A DNA stretch of 50,859 nt from positions 1 through 50,859 of the forward strand of contig VBCM01000194.1 in NCBI GenBank assembly GCA_005883675.1. Reading direction: 5' to 3'. Source of the stretch: Betaproteobacteria bacterium (GTDB lineage: Bacteria; Pseudomonadota; Gammaproteobacteria; Burkholderiales; SG8-39). Made by a program: the position numbers and the translations under genes. Of the stretch, positions 23,370 through 32,442 are shown piece after piece (the first letter of the stretch is position 1; each line of letters begins with the position of its first letter). The notes beneath the pieces were generated by a model, which had not been told where the DNA came from, searched no databases, and saw nothing but the letters and a program-made list of their open reading frames with translations.

Positions 23370-24291
23370 GTGCGGCGGTAAGCTCGCGGATGTTCTCGAG
23401 CGCCATGCGGTTGCCGGCGCGCTGGCCGCCCGCCTCGAGGTACGGGTTCTCGATCGCGGCGTACACCCGGTCGCCGTGCCGCTCGATGCGCACCAGCACG
23501 TCGCCGGCGCCGGTGCCGGGCTCGACGCCGTGATACACCGCATTCTCGAGGAGCGGCTGCAGCACCATCGGCGGCAACAGCGCATCGGAGGGCGCGGCGT
23601 CGAGCTCCCAGGTGATGCGCAATCGGTCACCCAGGCGCAGCTGCTCGATCTCGGCGTAGCGCTCGAGCAGCGCGATCTCGTCGGCGAGCCGCACGAATTG
23701 GCGCGCATCGGCCATCAGCGTGCGAAAGAGGTCCGCCAGGTCCTCGAGCGAGCGCTCGGCCCGCTTGGGGTCGCGGCGGATGAGCGCGAGCACCGCATTC
23801 AGGCTGTTGAAGAGGAAGTGCGGGCGGATGCGCGCCTGCAGCGCCTGCAGGCGCGCCTCGGCGAGCGCCGGCGAAAAGGCCTTGGTATGCAGGTGGAAGT
23901 AGGCGAGGAGCGACGCTGCCGCGAGCACCGTGATGGCAAGCGTACGCGGCAGGCTCGGCAGTGCCTCGCCGACGAACGCCCGCACCACGCCGTGATAGGC
24001 CGCGGCGATCGCCGTGGCGATCGCCACCACGGCAAGGCAACCCAGCCAATACGGCAGGCGCGCGAGCAACGCCGAGGCGGCGAAGAGCACGATCAATTCC
24101 ACGAGCAGCAGGGGCTCGAGGAACGCCGCCGCGTACATGAAACGCTCCAACGCGGGCGCCAATGCGCTCGTCGCGTAGAACGCGCCGACGAGCGCAAGCG
24201 CGTTCATGGCCACGAGCACGCGCGCCATGACGGCGAGGTTGCGAAAGTCCGGCAGAACGTCCGGATAGGCGTTTTGCCTTATACTGGGCAT
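23344..24291 (-). CDS. LytS-family sensor histidine kinase (AlgZ/FimS-like); C-terminus apparently truncated by a deletion near 23383
   Basis: [15 protein letters not shown] and [12 protein letters not shown] motifs; homology stops at [11 protein letters not shown]; an out-of-frame YRRT-stop remnant overlaps the algR ATG. Confidence 0.85.
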   Translation of the reverse strand: MPSIRQNAYPDVLPDFRNLAVMARVLVAMNALALVGAFYATSALAPALERFMYAAAFLEPLLLVELIVLFAASALLARLPYWLGCLAVVAIATAIAAAYHGVVRAFVGEALPSLPRTLAITVLAAASLLAYFHLHTKAFSPALAEARLQALQARIRPHFLFNSLNAVLALIRRDPKRAERSLEDLADLFRTLMADARQFVRLADEIALLERYAEIEQLRLGDRLRITWELDAAPSDALLPPMVLQPLLENAVYHGVEPGTGAGDVLVRIERHGDRVYAAIENPYLEAGGQRAGNRMALENIRELTAAHDPGLHRR

Positions 24292-24336
24292 GGTTACGAA
24301 CAAGTCTTAAACTGTATTCAAGCTCATTGTGCGAGC

Positions 24337-25671
24337 ATGGCGAGCAAGCCGCAACCTTGGTCTGGCCGCTTCAGGGAGCCGGTCGACGAGCGCGTAAAGC
24401 GCTTCAGCGCCTCGGTTGATTTCGATCGACGGCTTGCCGCACAGGACATCGCCGCCTCCCTTGCCCATGCGCGCATGCTGGCCCGCGTAGGCATCATCAA
24501 GAAAGCGGATCTTACGGCGATCGAGCGCGGCCTCGCACGCGTGCGCCGCGAGATCGAGAAGGGCGAGTTCGCCTGGTCGCGCGATGCCGAGGACGTGCAT
24601 CTCAACATCGAGCGCCGGCTCACCGCGCTCGTCGGCGAGGCGGGCAAGCGCCTGCATACGGCGCGCTCGCGCAACGACCAGGTGGCCACCGACCTGCGGC
24701 TCTGGCTGCGCGAGGAGATCGACGCCATCGATAAGCTGCTCAGCGGCCTATTGCGCGCGCTGATCGCGCAAGCGGAGCGCCATGCCGCGCTGGTAATGCC
24801 TGGCTTCACCCACCTGCAAGTGGCGCAGCCGGTCACCTTCGGGCACCACCTGCTCGCCTACGTCGCCATGCTCGAGCGCGATCGCGAGCGCTTGGCGCAA
24901 TGCCGCTCGCGCGTGAACCGGCTGCCGCTCGGCGCCGCCGCGCTCGCCGGCACGAGCTTCCCGATCGACCGCGCGCGGGTCGCGCAAGAGCTGCAATTCG
25001 AAGGCTTGTGCGAGAACTCGATCGATGCGGTGTCCGATCGGGATTTTGCAATCGAATTCTGCGCCTGCGCCGCGATCGCGATGATGCATCTGTCGCGCCT
25101 GGCCGAGGAGCTCGTGCTGTGGTCGAGCCAGCGCTACGGCTTCGTGCGGCTGCCGGATCGCTATTGCACCGGCTCGTCGATCATGCCGCAGAAGAAGAAC
25201 CCCGACGTGCCGGAGCTCGTGCGCGGCAAGAGCGCTCGCGTGTTCGGCTCGCTCGTCGCGCTGCTTACGCTCATGAAGGCGCAGCCGCTCGCCTACAACA
25301 AGGACAACCAGGAAGACAAGGAGCCGCTGTTCGACGCGGTGGACACCCTCAAGGACTGCCTCGCGATCTTTACCGGCCTCATTCAGGGGCTCGCGCCGGT
25401 GCCGCGCGCGATGCGCGCGGCGCTCGCCGAGGGGCATGCCACGGCCACCGATCTTGCCGACTACCTGGTGCGCAAGGGCATGGCCTTTCGCGATGCGCAT
25501 GAGGTCGTCGCGCGTGCGGTGCGCGAAGCGGAGGGCCGCAATACCGATCTCGCGCGGCTGCCGCTCGCCACGCTCAAGCGCTTCTCGCCGCAGATCGGCG
25601 CGGACGTGCGCCGCGTGCTCACGCCCGAGGGCTCGGTAGCCGCGCGCAGCCATGTCGGCGGCACTGCGCCA
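24337..25671 (+). CDS. argH: Argininosuccinate lyase; the expected stop is missing and the frame reads on to 26760
   Basis: [34 protein letters not shown] and C-terminal HVGGTAP; the end given is where homology stops. Confidence 0.93.
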
Positions 25672-26932
25672 GTATCCCGTGCGCCGCAAGCTCGGCGAGG
25701 GAGCGAGCTCCGAGGTCTACCAATGCTACGACCCGTTCAACGATCGCGACGTCGCGATCAAGGTCGCCTTCCCGGAGAAGTTCCAGGATCCGGAGCGCGG
25801 CCGGCTCTACAAGAAGCTTTTCCTCACCGAGGCATCGCTCGCCGGGAAGCTGCAGCACCCGCACATCTGCCAGATCTACGACGCAGTGGCGGAAGAGAAG
25901 CTCCATTACATCGTCATGGAGTACGTCGACGGCGGCACGATCGAGAAGTACTGCCGCCCCGAGGCGCTGCTGCCGGTCGAGCGCGCGGTGGAAATCATCT
26001 TCAAGTGCACGCGGGCGCTCGAGTTCGCGCAGCAGCTGGGCATCACGCACCGCGACTTAAAGCCCGCCAACATCCTGCACACCGGCGAGACGCAGGTGAA
26101 GATCACCGATTTCGGCGCGGCGCTCATCGCGAGCGGCGATACGACGCAGATTCGCTCGATCGGCTCGCCCGCCTACATGTCGCCCGAGCAAGTGAAGGAG
26201 GCCGCGGTCGACCACCGCAGCGACATTTATTCGATCGGCGTGGTGATGTATCACCTGCTCACCGGCCGGCTGCCGTTCGAGGGCGCAAACAGCTACAGCC
26301 TGGTCTACCAGATCACCCATGCGCCGGCCGCGCCGCCCTCGCGGCTGCGGCCCGCACTGGCGCCCGAGATCGACGCCGTGGTGATGCAGGCGATGGCGCG
26401 CGAGCGGGGGGAGCGCTTCCAGGACTGGGCGGCGTTCTCGCGCGAGCTCGCGCACGTGTTCCGCCCCGGGCGCAGCGTCGCCCGCAGGGCGCAGAGGTTC
26501 GCCGACTCCGATCGCTTGGAGACACTGCGCACGCTCGCTTTTTTCCAGGAGTTCTCCGACGCCGAGCTGTGGGAGGTGGCGCACATCTCCACGTGGCGCC
26601 ATGCGCAGGCGGGCCAGCCGCTGATGAAGGAAAGCGAGCCGGGCGACGAGTTCTGCATCCTCGCCGAAGGCGAAGTGAAGGTGACGAAGCGCGGCCGGCT
26701 GCTGAGTGTCCTCGGCGCGGGCGAGCCGTTCGGCGAGATGGCTTATCTCTCGAAGAATGACAAGCGCCGCGGCGCCGATGTCACGGTGAGCGCGGAGGCG
26801 GACATCATCTACATTCCCACGGCCAAGCTCGCGCGAGTCTCCGAAGGCTGCCGGCACAACTTCGATCGCGCCTTCATGGCGATCCTCGCCGAGCGCCTCG
26901 CCAAAGCCAACCTGCGGCTTTCCGGCGTATAG
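25652..26932 (+). CDS. Hanks-type Ser/Thr protein kinase with C-terminal cNMP-binding domain (paralog 1)
   Basis: [24 protein letters not shown] and GSPAYMSPE; C-terminal GEPFGEM...RRGADV; native start may be lost. Confidence 0.9.
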   Translation: MSAALRQYPVRRKLGEGASSEVYQCYDPFNDRDVAIKVAFPEKFQDPERGRLYKKLFLTEASLAGKLQHPHICQIYDAVAEEKLHYIVMEYVDGGTIEKYCRPEALLPVERAVEIIFKCTRALEFAQQLGITHRDLKPANILHTGETQVKITDFGAALIASGDTTQIRSIGSPAYMSPEQVKEAAVDHRSDIYSIGVVMYHLLTGRLPFEGANSYSLVYQITHAPAAPPSRLRPALAPEIDAVVMQAMARERGERFQDWAAFSRELAHVFRPGRSVARRAQRFADSDRLETLRTLAFFQEFSDAELWEVAHISTWRHAQAGQPLMKESEPGDEFCILAEGEVKVTKRGRLLSVLGAGEPFGEMAYLSKNDKRRGADVTVSAEADIIYIPTAKLARVSEGCRHNFDRAFMAILAERLAKANLRLSGV

Positions 26933-26945
26933 GCTGAGATTCGGC

Positions 26946-28220
26946 ATGGACCGGGTCGCGAACTACCCCATCGTGCGCAAGCTCGGCGAAGGGGCCACTT
27001 CCGAAGTGTTCCTGTGCCAGGACCCGTTTCGCAATCGCGAGGTCGCGGTGAAGCGCATCTTTCCCGAGGCACTGCGCGACCCGGTGCGCGGACGGCTCTT
27101 CCGCAAGCTCTTCTTCACCGAGGCGTCGCTCGCCGGCAAGCTCGAGCATCCGCACATCGCCCAGATCTACGACGCGGGCATCGGCGAGGATTCGGGCTAC
27201 ATCGTCATGGAGTACGTCGCGGGCGGCACCATGGAGGGCTACTGCGCGCCGGGGAACCTGCTCGCGCTCGAGCAGGTGGTGGAGATCGTCTTCAAATGCA
27301 CCCGCGCGCTCGCCTACGCCCACATGCTCGGGGTCACGCACCGCGACATCAAGCCGGGCAACATCCTGTATGCCGGCTCGCCGACCGACGTGCGCATCAG
27401 CGACTTCGGCCTGGCGCTCAATATCGGCGCCGAGACCACGCAGATCACCGGCGTCGGCTCGCCCGCCTACATGTCGCCGGAGCAGATCCGCGAGGAGCTG
27501 GTGGACCACCGCACGGACCTCTATTCGCTCGGCGTGGTGATGTACCAGATGCTCACGGGCGTGCTGCCGTTCCGCGGCAGCAACAAGTACGCCATGATCT
27601 ACCAGATCACGCAGCACGAGCCGCCGCCGCCCTCGGCGGAACGGCGGCAGGTGCCGGCGTCGCTCGACCGCATCGTGCGGCGCGCGATGCACAAGGAGGC
27701 GGCGAAGCGCTACCAGAGCGGCGACGAGTTCGCCGAGGACCTGATCGCGGCGCTGCGCGCCGGGCTCGGCGAGCCGCGGCGCGAATTCGGTGATGCCGAC
27801 AAGTTCGCGCTGCTGCGCTCGATGCGCTTCTTTGCCGCCTTTACCGACCAGGAGCTGTGGGAGGTGGTGAAGCACGGCATCTGGGAGCAGGTCGGCACCG
27901 GCACGGTCGTCCTGCGCGAAGGCGAAGCGGGCGACTTCTTCTGCGTGCTGATCGACGGCGAGATGCGCGTCAGCAAGAACAAGAAGCTGCTCACGGTGCT
28001 CGGGCCCGGCGAGCCCTTCGGCGAGATGACTTACCTTTCGGCGAGCGACCCGCAGCGCAGCGCCACCGTCGCGGCGAGCGCGGCCTCGCGCATCCTGCGC
28101 ATGCGCGTCGCGGATCTCGAGCAGGCGAGCGTCTCCTGCCGCAGCAAATTCGATCGCGCCTTCATCGGCATACTCGTCGAGCGGCTCAACCTCGCCAATA
28201 CGCGCCTTACCTCGGGATGA
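26946..28220 (+). CDS. Hanks-type Ser/Thr protein kinase with C-terminal cNMP-binding domain (paralog 2)
   Basis: LGEGATSEV, VAVK, HRDIKPGN, DFG and GSPAYMSPE; GEPFGEM...QRSATV. Confidence 0.92.
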   Translation: MDRVANYPIVRKLGEGATSEVFLCQDPFRNREVAVKRIFPEALRDPVRGRLFRKLFFTEASLAGKLEHPHIAQIYDAGIGEDSGYIVMEYVAGGTMEGYCAPGNLLALEQVVEIVFKCTRALAYAHMLGVTHRDIKPGNILYAGSPTDVRISDFGLALNIGAETTQITGVGSPAYMSPEQIREELVDHRTDLYSLGVVMYQMLTGVLPFRGSNKYAMIYQITQHEPPPPSAERRQVPASLDRIVRRAMHKEAAKRYQSGDEFAEDLIAALRAGLGEPRREFGDADKFALLRSMRFFAAFTDQELWEVVKHGIWEQVGTGTVVLREGEAGDFFCVLIDGEMRVSKNKKLLTVLGPGEPFGEMTYLSASDPQRSATVAASAASRILRMRVADLEQASVSCRSKFDRAFIGILVERLNLANTRLTSG

Positions 28221-29026
28221 ACTTCGGCGAGCTCGGCCTCAGCGCCGCCGAGCCGGTGAGCGGCGGCTGCATCCACCGCTGCTACCGCGCGCAGCGCGAC
28301 GGCCGAGCCGTGTTCCTCAAGCTGAACGAGGCGCGCTTTGCCGATGCCTTCGCCGCCGAAGCAGACGGCCTTGCCGCGCTGCGCGCTGCCGGCTGCCGCG
28401 CCCCCGAGCCGATCGCGCACGGCACGGCGGGCGCGAGCGCTTACCTGCTGCTCGAGTTCCTGGAACTGCGCTCCGGCGGCGACTTCGCGTCCCTCGGCAC
28501 CATGCTCGCCGCCATGCATCGCCGCCAGGCGGAGCGCTACGGCTGGCCGCGCGACAACTACATCGGCGCCACGGCCCAGCCGAACGGCTGGTCGGAGAGC
28601 TGGATGGCGTTCTGGCGCGAACGGCGCCTGGAACCGCAGCTCGCGCTCGCCGCGCGCAATGGCTACCGGATCGATGTGCCGCCGGTGTGGCAGCTGCTCG
28701 AGGGTCATGAGCCCGCGCCATCGCTGCTGCATGGCGATCTGTGGAGCGGCAATGCGGGCTTTCTGCCCGACGGCGCGCCGGCGCTCTTCGACCCTGCGGT
28801 GTACTACGGCGACCGGGAAGCAGATCTCGCCATGACCGAGCTCTTCGGCGGCTTTGCGCGGCAGTTCTACGCGGCGTACGAAGCCGCGTGGCCGTTAGCG
28901 CCCGGCTATGCGCGGCGCAAGCACCTCTATAACCTCTATCACCTGCTCAACCATCTCAACCTCTTCGGCGGCGGCTATCTGGCGCAGGTGCGCTCGGCGC
29001 TACGCCTTCTGGCGCGTGGCCTCTAG
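28217..29026 (+). CDS. Fructosamine/ketosamine kinase family protein
   Basis: VSGGCI, FLK, DNYIG, LLHGDLWSGN, FDPAVYYGDREADLAM and LNHLNLFG motifs. Confidence 0.92.
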   Translation: MNFGELGLSAAEPVSGGCIHRCYRAQRDGRAVFLKLNEARFADAFAAEADGLAALRAAGCRAPEPIAHGTAGASAYLLLEFLELRSGGDFASLGTMLAAMHRRQAERYGWPRDNYIGATAQPNGWSESWMAFWRERRLEPQLALAARNGYRIDVPPVWQLLEGHEPAPSLLHGDLWSGNAGFLPDGAPALFDPAVYYGDREADLAMTELFGGFARQFYAAYEAAWPLAPGYARRKHLYNLYHLLNHLNLFGGGYLAQVRSALRLLARGL

Positions 29027-29323
29027 CAGCTTCTGCAGCTCGCCCGACTGGTACATCTCGCGCATGATGTCCGAGCCGCCGATGAACTCGCCGTTGATGT
29101 AGAGCTGCGGAATCGTCGGCCAGTTGGCGTACTCCTTGATCCCCTGGCGGATGTCCGCATCGGCGAGCACGTTGACGGCCGCGAAATCACGCACCCCGCA
29201 GGCGTTCAGCACCTGCACCGCGAGCGCGGAGAAGCCGCATTGCGGGGCCTGCGGCGTGCCTTTCATGTAGAGCACGACGGGCGCGCCCGTCACCTGATCC
29301 TTGATGCGCTGTTTGATGTCCAT
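29000..29323 (-). CDS. grxD: Monothiol glutaredoxin Grx4
   Basis: MKGTP..PQCGFS, WPTIPQLY and GGSD motifs; alternative ATG at 29332. Confidence 0.95.
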   Translation of the reverse strand: MDIKQRIKDQVTGAPVVLYMKGTPQAPQCGFSALAVQVLNACGVRDFAAVNVLADADIRQGIKEYANWPTIPQLYINGEFIGGSDIMREMYQSGELQKLLEATRQKA

Positions 29324-29333
29324 GGGCGTCATT

Positions 29334-30122
29334 TTACCGCCTGCCGCCCGAAACTCGCGCTATTCCGGCGAGATCGGGCCACGTGCGCACCTCGTGCAGC
29401 CCGGCGTGCTCCAGCAGCTCGCGGACGCGCGCGTCCTGGCCGATGCCGTGCTCGACGAGGAGCCAGCCGCCGCCCGCCAAAAAGGCAGGCGCTTGCGCAC
29501 TTATGGCGCGGATGGCGTCCAAGCCATCGCGGCCTGCAACGAGCGCGCTCGCCGGTTCATAGGCGAGCGCGGCGAGATGGGGGTCGCCTTCGGCAACATA
29601 TGGTGGGTTGGCGACGATGAGTTCGCAGCGCTCACCGCCAAGCGGCTCGCACCAGCGGCCGTGGCGCCAGTCGACCTCGAGGCCCAGCCGCACCGCATTG
29701 CGCCTCGCAAGCTCCAGCGCCGCCGCACTCGCCTCGACGCCGATCACGCGCCCGGCGGGCCGCTCGTGCTTGATGGCGAGCGCGATGGCGCCGCAGCCGG
29801 TACCCAGATCCGCGACCGTCCGGAATTCGCGCTCGAGCGCAAGCTCGACCAGCAGTTCGGTTTCCGGGCGTGGGATGAGCACCGCGGGATTGACGGTCAG
29901 CCGCAGGCCGTAGAACTCCTGCTCGCCGAGGATGTAAGCGACCGGCTCGCCGTCGCGGCGGCGCGCGGCAAACTCGGCGAAGCGGGTAGCGCTCTCTGCG
30001 GGCAGCGGGCGCTCGGGGAACGCGATCGCCGCCGCCTGGCTGAACCCGGTGGCGGCAGCAAGCAGGATGCGCGCCTCGCGCGCCTCTAGGCCGCTCGCGT
30101 TGAGCGCCTCCGCTACCGTCAA
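29334..30122 (-). CDS. prmC: Release factor glutamine methyltransferase
   Basis: [26 protein letters not shown] and NPPY motifs; TTG start overlaps the prfA stop. Confidence 0.94.
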   Translation of the reverse strand: MTVAEALNASGLEAREARILLAAATGFSQAAAIAFPERPLPAESATRFAEFAARRRDGEPVAYILGEQEFYGLRLTVNPAVLIPRPETELLVELALEREFRTVADLGTGCGAIALAIKHERPAGRVIGVEASAAALELARRNAVRLGLEVDWRHGRWCEPLGGERCELIVANPPYVAEGDPHLAALAYEPASALVAGRDGLDAIRAISAQAPAFLAGGGWLLVEHGIGQDARVRELLEHAGLHEVRTWPDLAGIARVSGGRR

Positions 30123-31180
30123 GCGGCTTCTTCGGCGAGCTGGGTGAGCTGTTCGGTCTGGAATTCGCTCGCCAGCGCGGCGATCAGCTCGTCGAGCTCG
30201 CCGTCCATGATGCGGTCGATCTTGTAGAGCGTGAGGTTGATGCGGTGGTCGGTGACGCGGCCCTGCGGAAAGTTGTAGGTACGGATGCGCTCGGAGCGGT
30301 CGCCCGAGCCTATGAGGAGCTTCCTCGTGCTGGCGGTCTTCGCCTGCTGCTCGCGCTGCTGCTTGTCGCGGATGCGCGCGGCGAGCACGCCGAGCGCCTT
30401 CTCGCGGTTCTTGTGCTGCGAGCGCGAATCCTGGCACTCGACCACGAGGCCGGTCGGCAGGTGCGTGACGCGGATCGCTGATTCGGTCTTGTTGACGTGC
30501 TGGCCGCCCGCGCCCGAGGCGCGGAACGTGTCGATGCGCAGCTCCGCCGGGTTGAGCACCACGTCGTCAAGCTCGTCCGCTTCCGGCAGCACGGCGACCG
30601 TGCAAGCAGAGGTGTGGATGCGGCCCTGTGCCTCGGTGGCCGGCACGCGCTGCACGCGATGGCCGCCCGACTCGAACTTGAGCTTCGAGTAAGCGCCCTG
30701 GCCGACGATGCGCGCGATCACCTCCTTGTAGCCGCCGAGCTCGGAAGCGCTTTCGGAGATAAGCTCCAGCTGCCAGCGCTGCCGCTCGGCGTAGCGCGTG
30801 TACATGCGGAAGAGATCACCCGCGAAAAGCGCCGATTCATCGCCGCCCGTCCCGGCGCGCACCTCGAGGAACACGTTGCGATCGTCGTTCGGATCCTTGG
30901 GCAGCAGCGCCTTCTGCAGCTCGCCCTCCAGGCGCTCCATCGTTGCCCGCGCGCCCTTCAGTTCATCGTCGAGCGCAAGTTCGCGCGCCGCCTCGGCATC
31001 GCCCTCGGCCTTGCGGTACTCGTCGTAGAGCACGACGATGGCGGAGAGCTCGGCGTGCTCGCGCGACTGGCTGCGAAAGCGCTCGATGTTGCGCGCGGCC
31101 TCCTCGGCGGCGAGCAGCCGGTCGAGCTCCGCCCGCCGCGCGACGAGGCTGTCGAGCTTGGCGCGAAGCGTGGACTTCAC
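30119..31180 (-). CDS. prfA: Peptide chain release factor 1
   Basis: [15 protein letters not shown] (PxT), GAGGQHVN and [11 protein letters not shown] motifs. Confidence 0.97.
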   Translation of the reverse strand: MKSTLRAKLDSLVARRAELDRLLAAEEAARNIERFRSQSREHAELSAIVVLYDEYRKAEGDAEAARELALDDELKGARATMERLEGELQKALLPKDPNDDRNVFLEVRAGTGGDESALFAGDLFRMYTRYAERQRWQLELISESASELGGYKEVIARIVGQGAYSKLKFESGGHRVQRVPATEAQGRIHTSACTVAVLPEADELDDVVLNPAELRIDTFRASGAGGQHVNKTESAIRVTHLPTGLVVECQDSRSQHKNREKALGVLAARIRDKQQREQQAKTASTRKLLIGSGDRSERIRTYNFPQGRVTDHRINLTLYKIDRIMDGELDELIAALASEFQTEQLTQLAEEAA

Positions 31181-32418
31181 TGCAGGCGGTACAGGCGCGC
31201 CAGCATCTCGGCGAGCGCGCGGCGCTCCTCGCCCGCGGTGTCGTGCAGCGCCTGGGTCGGCGCATGCAGCAGCTTGTTGACGAGCGCCTGCGACAGCGCG
31301 TCGAGCACCTGGCGCGGCTCCTCGCCGCGCGCGAGGAGCTTCAGCGCACGCTCGAGCTCCTCGCGCCGCGCCTCGTCGGCGCGGCTGCGCAGCGCGCGGA
31401 TCAGCGGCACATTCTCGCGCGAGCGCATCCAGTGCATGAACTGGCCGACCTGGGTATTGATGATCGCCTCGGCCTGCGCCACGGCGGAGCGGCGCGCGTC
31501 GAGGTTCGCGCTGACGATGCCGCCGAGCTCATCGAGTGTGTAGAGAAAGACGTCGTCGAGCTCGCCCGCCTCCGGCTCGATGTCGCGCGGCACGGCGAGA
31601 TCCACCATGAAGATCGGCCGGCGGCGCCGCGCGCGCAGCGCCCGCTCGACGAGTCCCTTGCCGAGGATCGGCAGCGACGAGGCGGTACACGAGACGACGA
31701 TGTCGTATTCATGCAGATGATCGGCGAGCGAGCGCAGCTCGATCGGCTGGGCGTTGAAGCGCCGCGCGAGCTTCTCGGCGCGCTCGAGCGTGCGGTTCGC
31801 CACCGCGATGCGCGCGGGCGCCTGCGCGGCGAAATGCGTCGCGCAAAGCTCGATCATCTCGCCGGCGCCGATGAAGAGCACGCGCTGGTCTTTCAGGCTG
31901 GGAAAGATGCGTCCCGCGAGCCGCACCGTGGCCGCGGCCATGGAGACGCTCGACGCGCCGAGCTGCGTGGTCGAGCGCACCTCCTTCGCCACGGCGAAGG
32001 AGCGCTGGAAAAGCTTGTGCAGGAGCGTGCCGAGCGTGCCGGCGGACTCGGCGGCGCGCGCGGCCTCCTTCATCTGCCCGAGGATCTGCGGCTCGCCGAG
32101 CACCATGGAATCGAGCCCGGAGGCGACGCGAAACACGTGCCGCACCGCCTGCTCGCGCGGCAGCGTGTAGAGGTACGGGCTCAGGCCGTCGGGCTCGAAG
32201 CGGTGGTAGCGCGCGAGCCAGTGCGCAGCCGCTGCGGGTTCGTCGCCCGCCACGTAGAGCTCGGTGCGATTGCAGGTGGAGAGGATCGCCGCTTCGCGCG
32301 CGAGGCCGCCCTTGAGCTCCCCGAGCGCCTCGCGCAGCCGCTCGACATGGAACACCACGCGCTCACGCACCGCGAGCGGCGCGGTCTGGTGGTTGAGTCC
32401 GAGTGCGTAGAGAGACAT
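31177..32418 (-). CDS. hemA: Glutamyl-tRNA reductase
   Basis: [38 protein letters not shown] and DLAVPRD motifs. Confidence 0.97.
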   Translation of the reverse strand: MSLYALGLNHQTAPLAVRERVVFHVERLREALGELKGGLAREAAILSTCNRTELYVAGDEPAAAAHWLARYHRFEPDGLSPYLYTLPREQAVRHVFRVASGLDSMVLGEPQILGQMKEAARAAESAGTLGTLLHKLFQRSFAVAKEVRSTTQLGASSVSMAAATVRLAGRIFPSLKDQRVLFIGAGEMIELCATHFAAQAPARIAVANRTLERAEKLARRFNAQPIELRSLADHLHEYDIVVSCTASSLPILGKGLVERALRARRRRPIFMVDLAVPRDIEPEAGELDDVFLYTLDELGGIVSANLDARRSAVAQAEAIINTQVGQFMHWMRSRENVPLIRALRSRADEARREELERALKLLARGEEPRQVLDALSQALVNKLLHAPTQALHDTAGEERRALAEMLARLYRLQ

Positions 32419-32442
32419 CCGCGGCCGAGCTAAGGCCGCAGA

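Noticed and set aside
23095-26760. 1221-aa ORF as a giant ArgH fusion protein
   Set aside because: The N-terminal part is the antisense shadow of algR/algZ and the C-terminal part is an out-of-frame read of the kinase. Only 24337 to about 25671 resembles ArgH.
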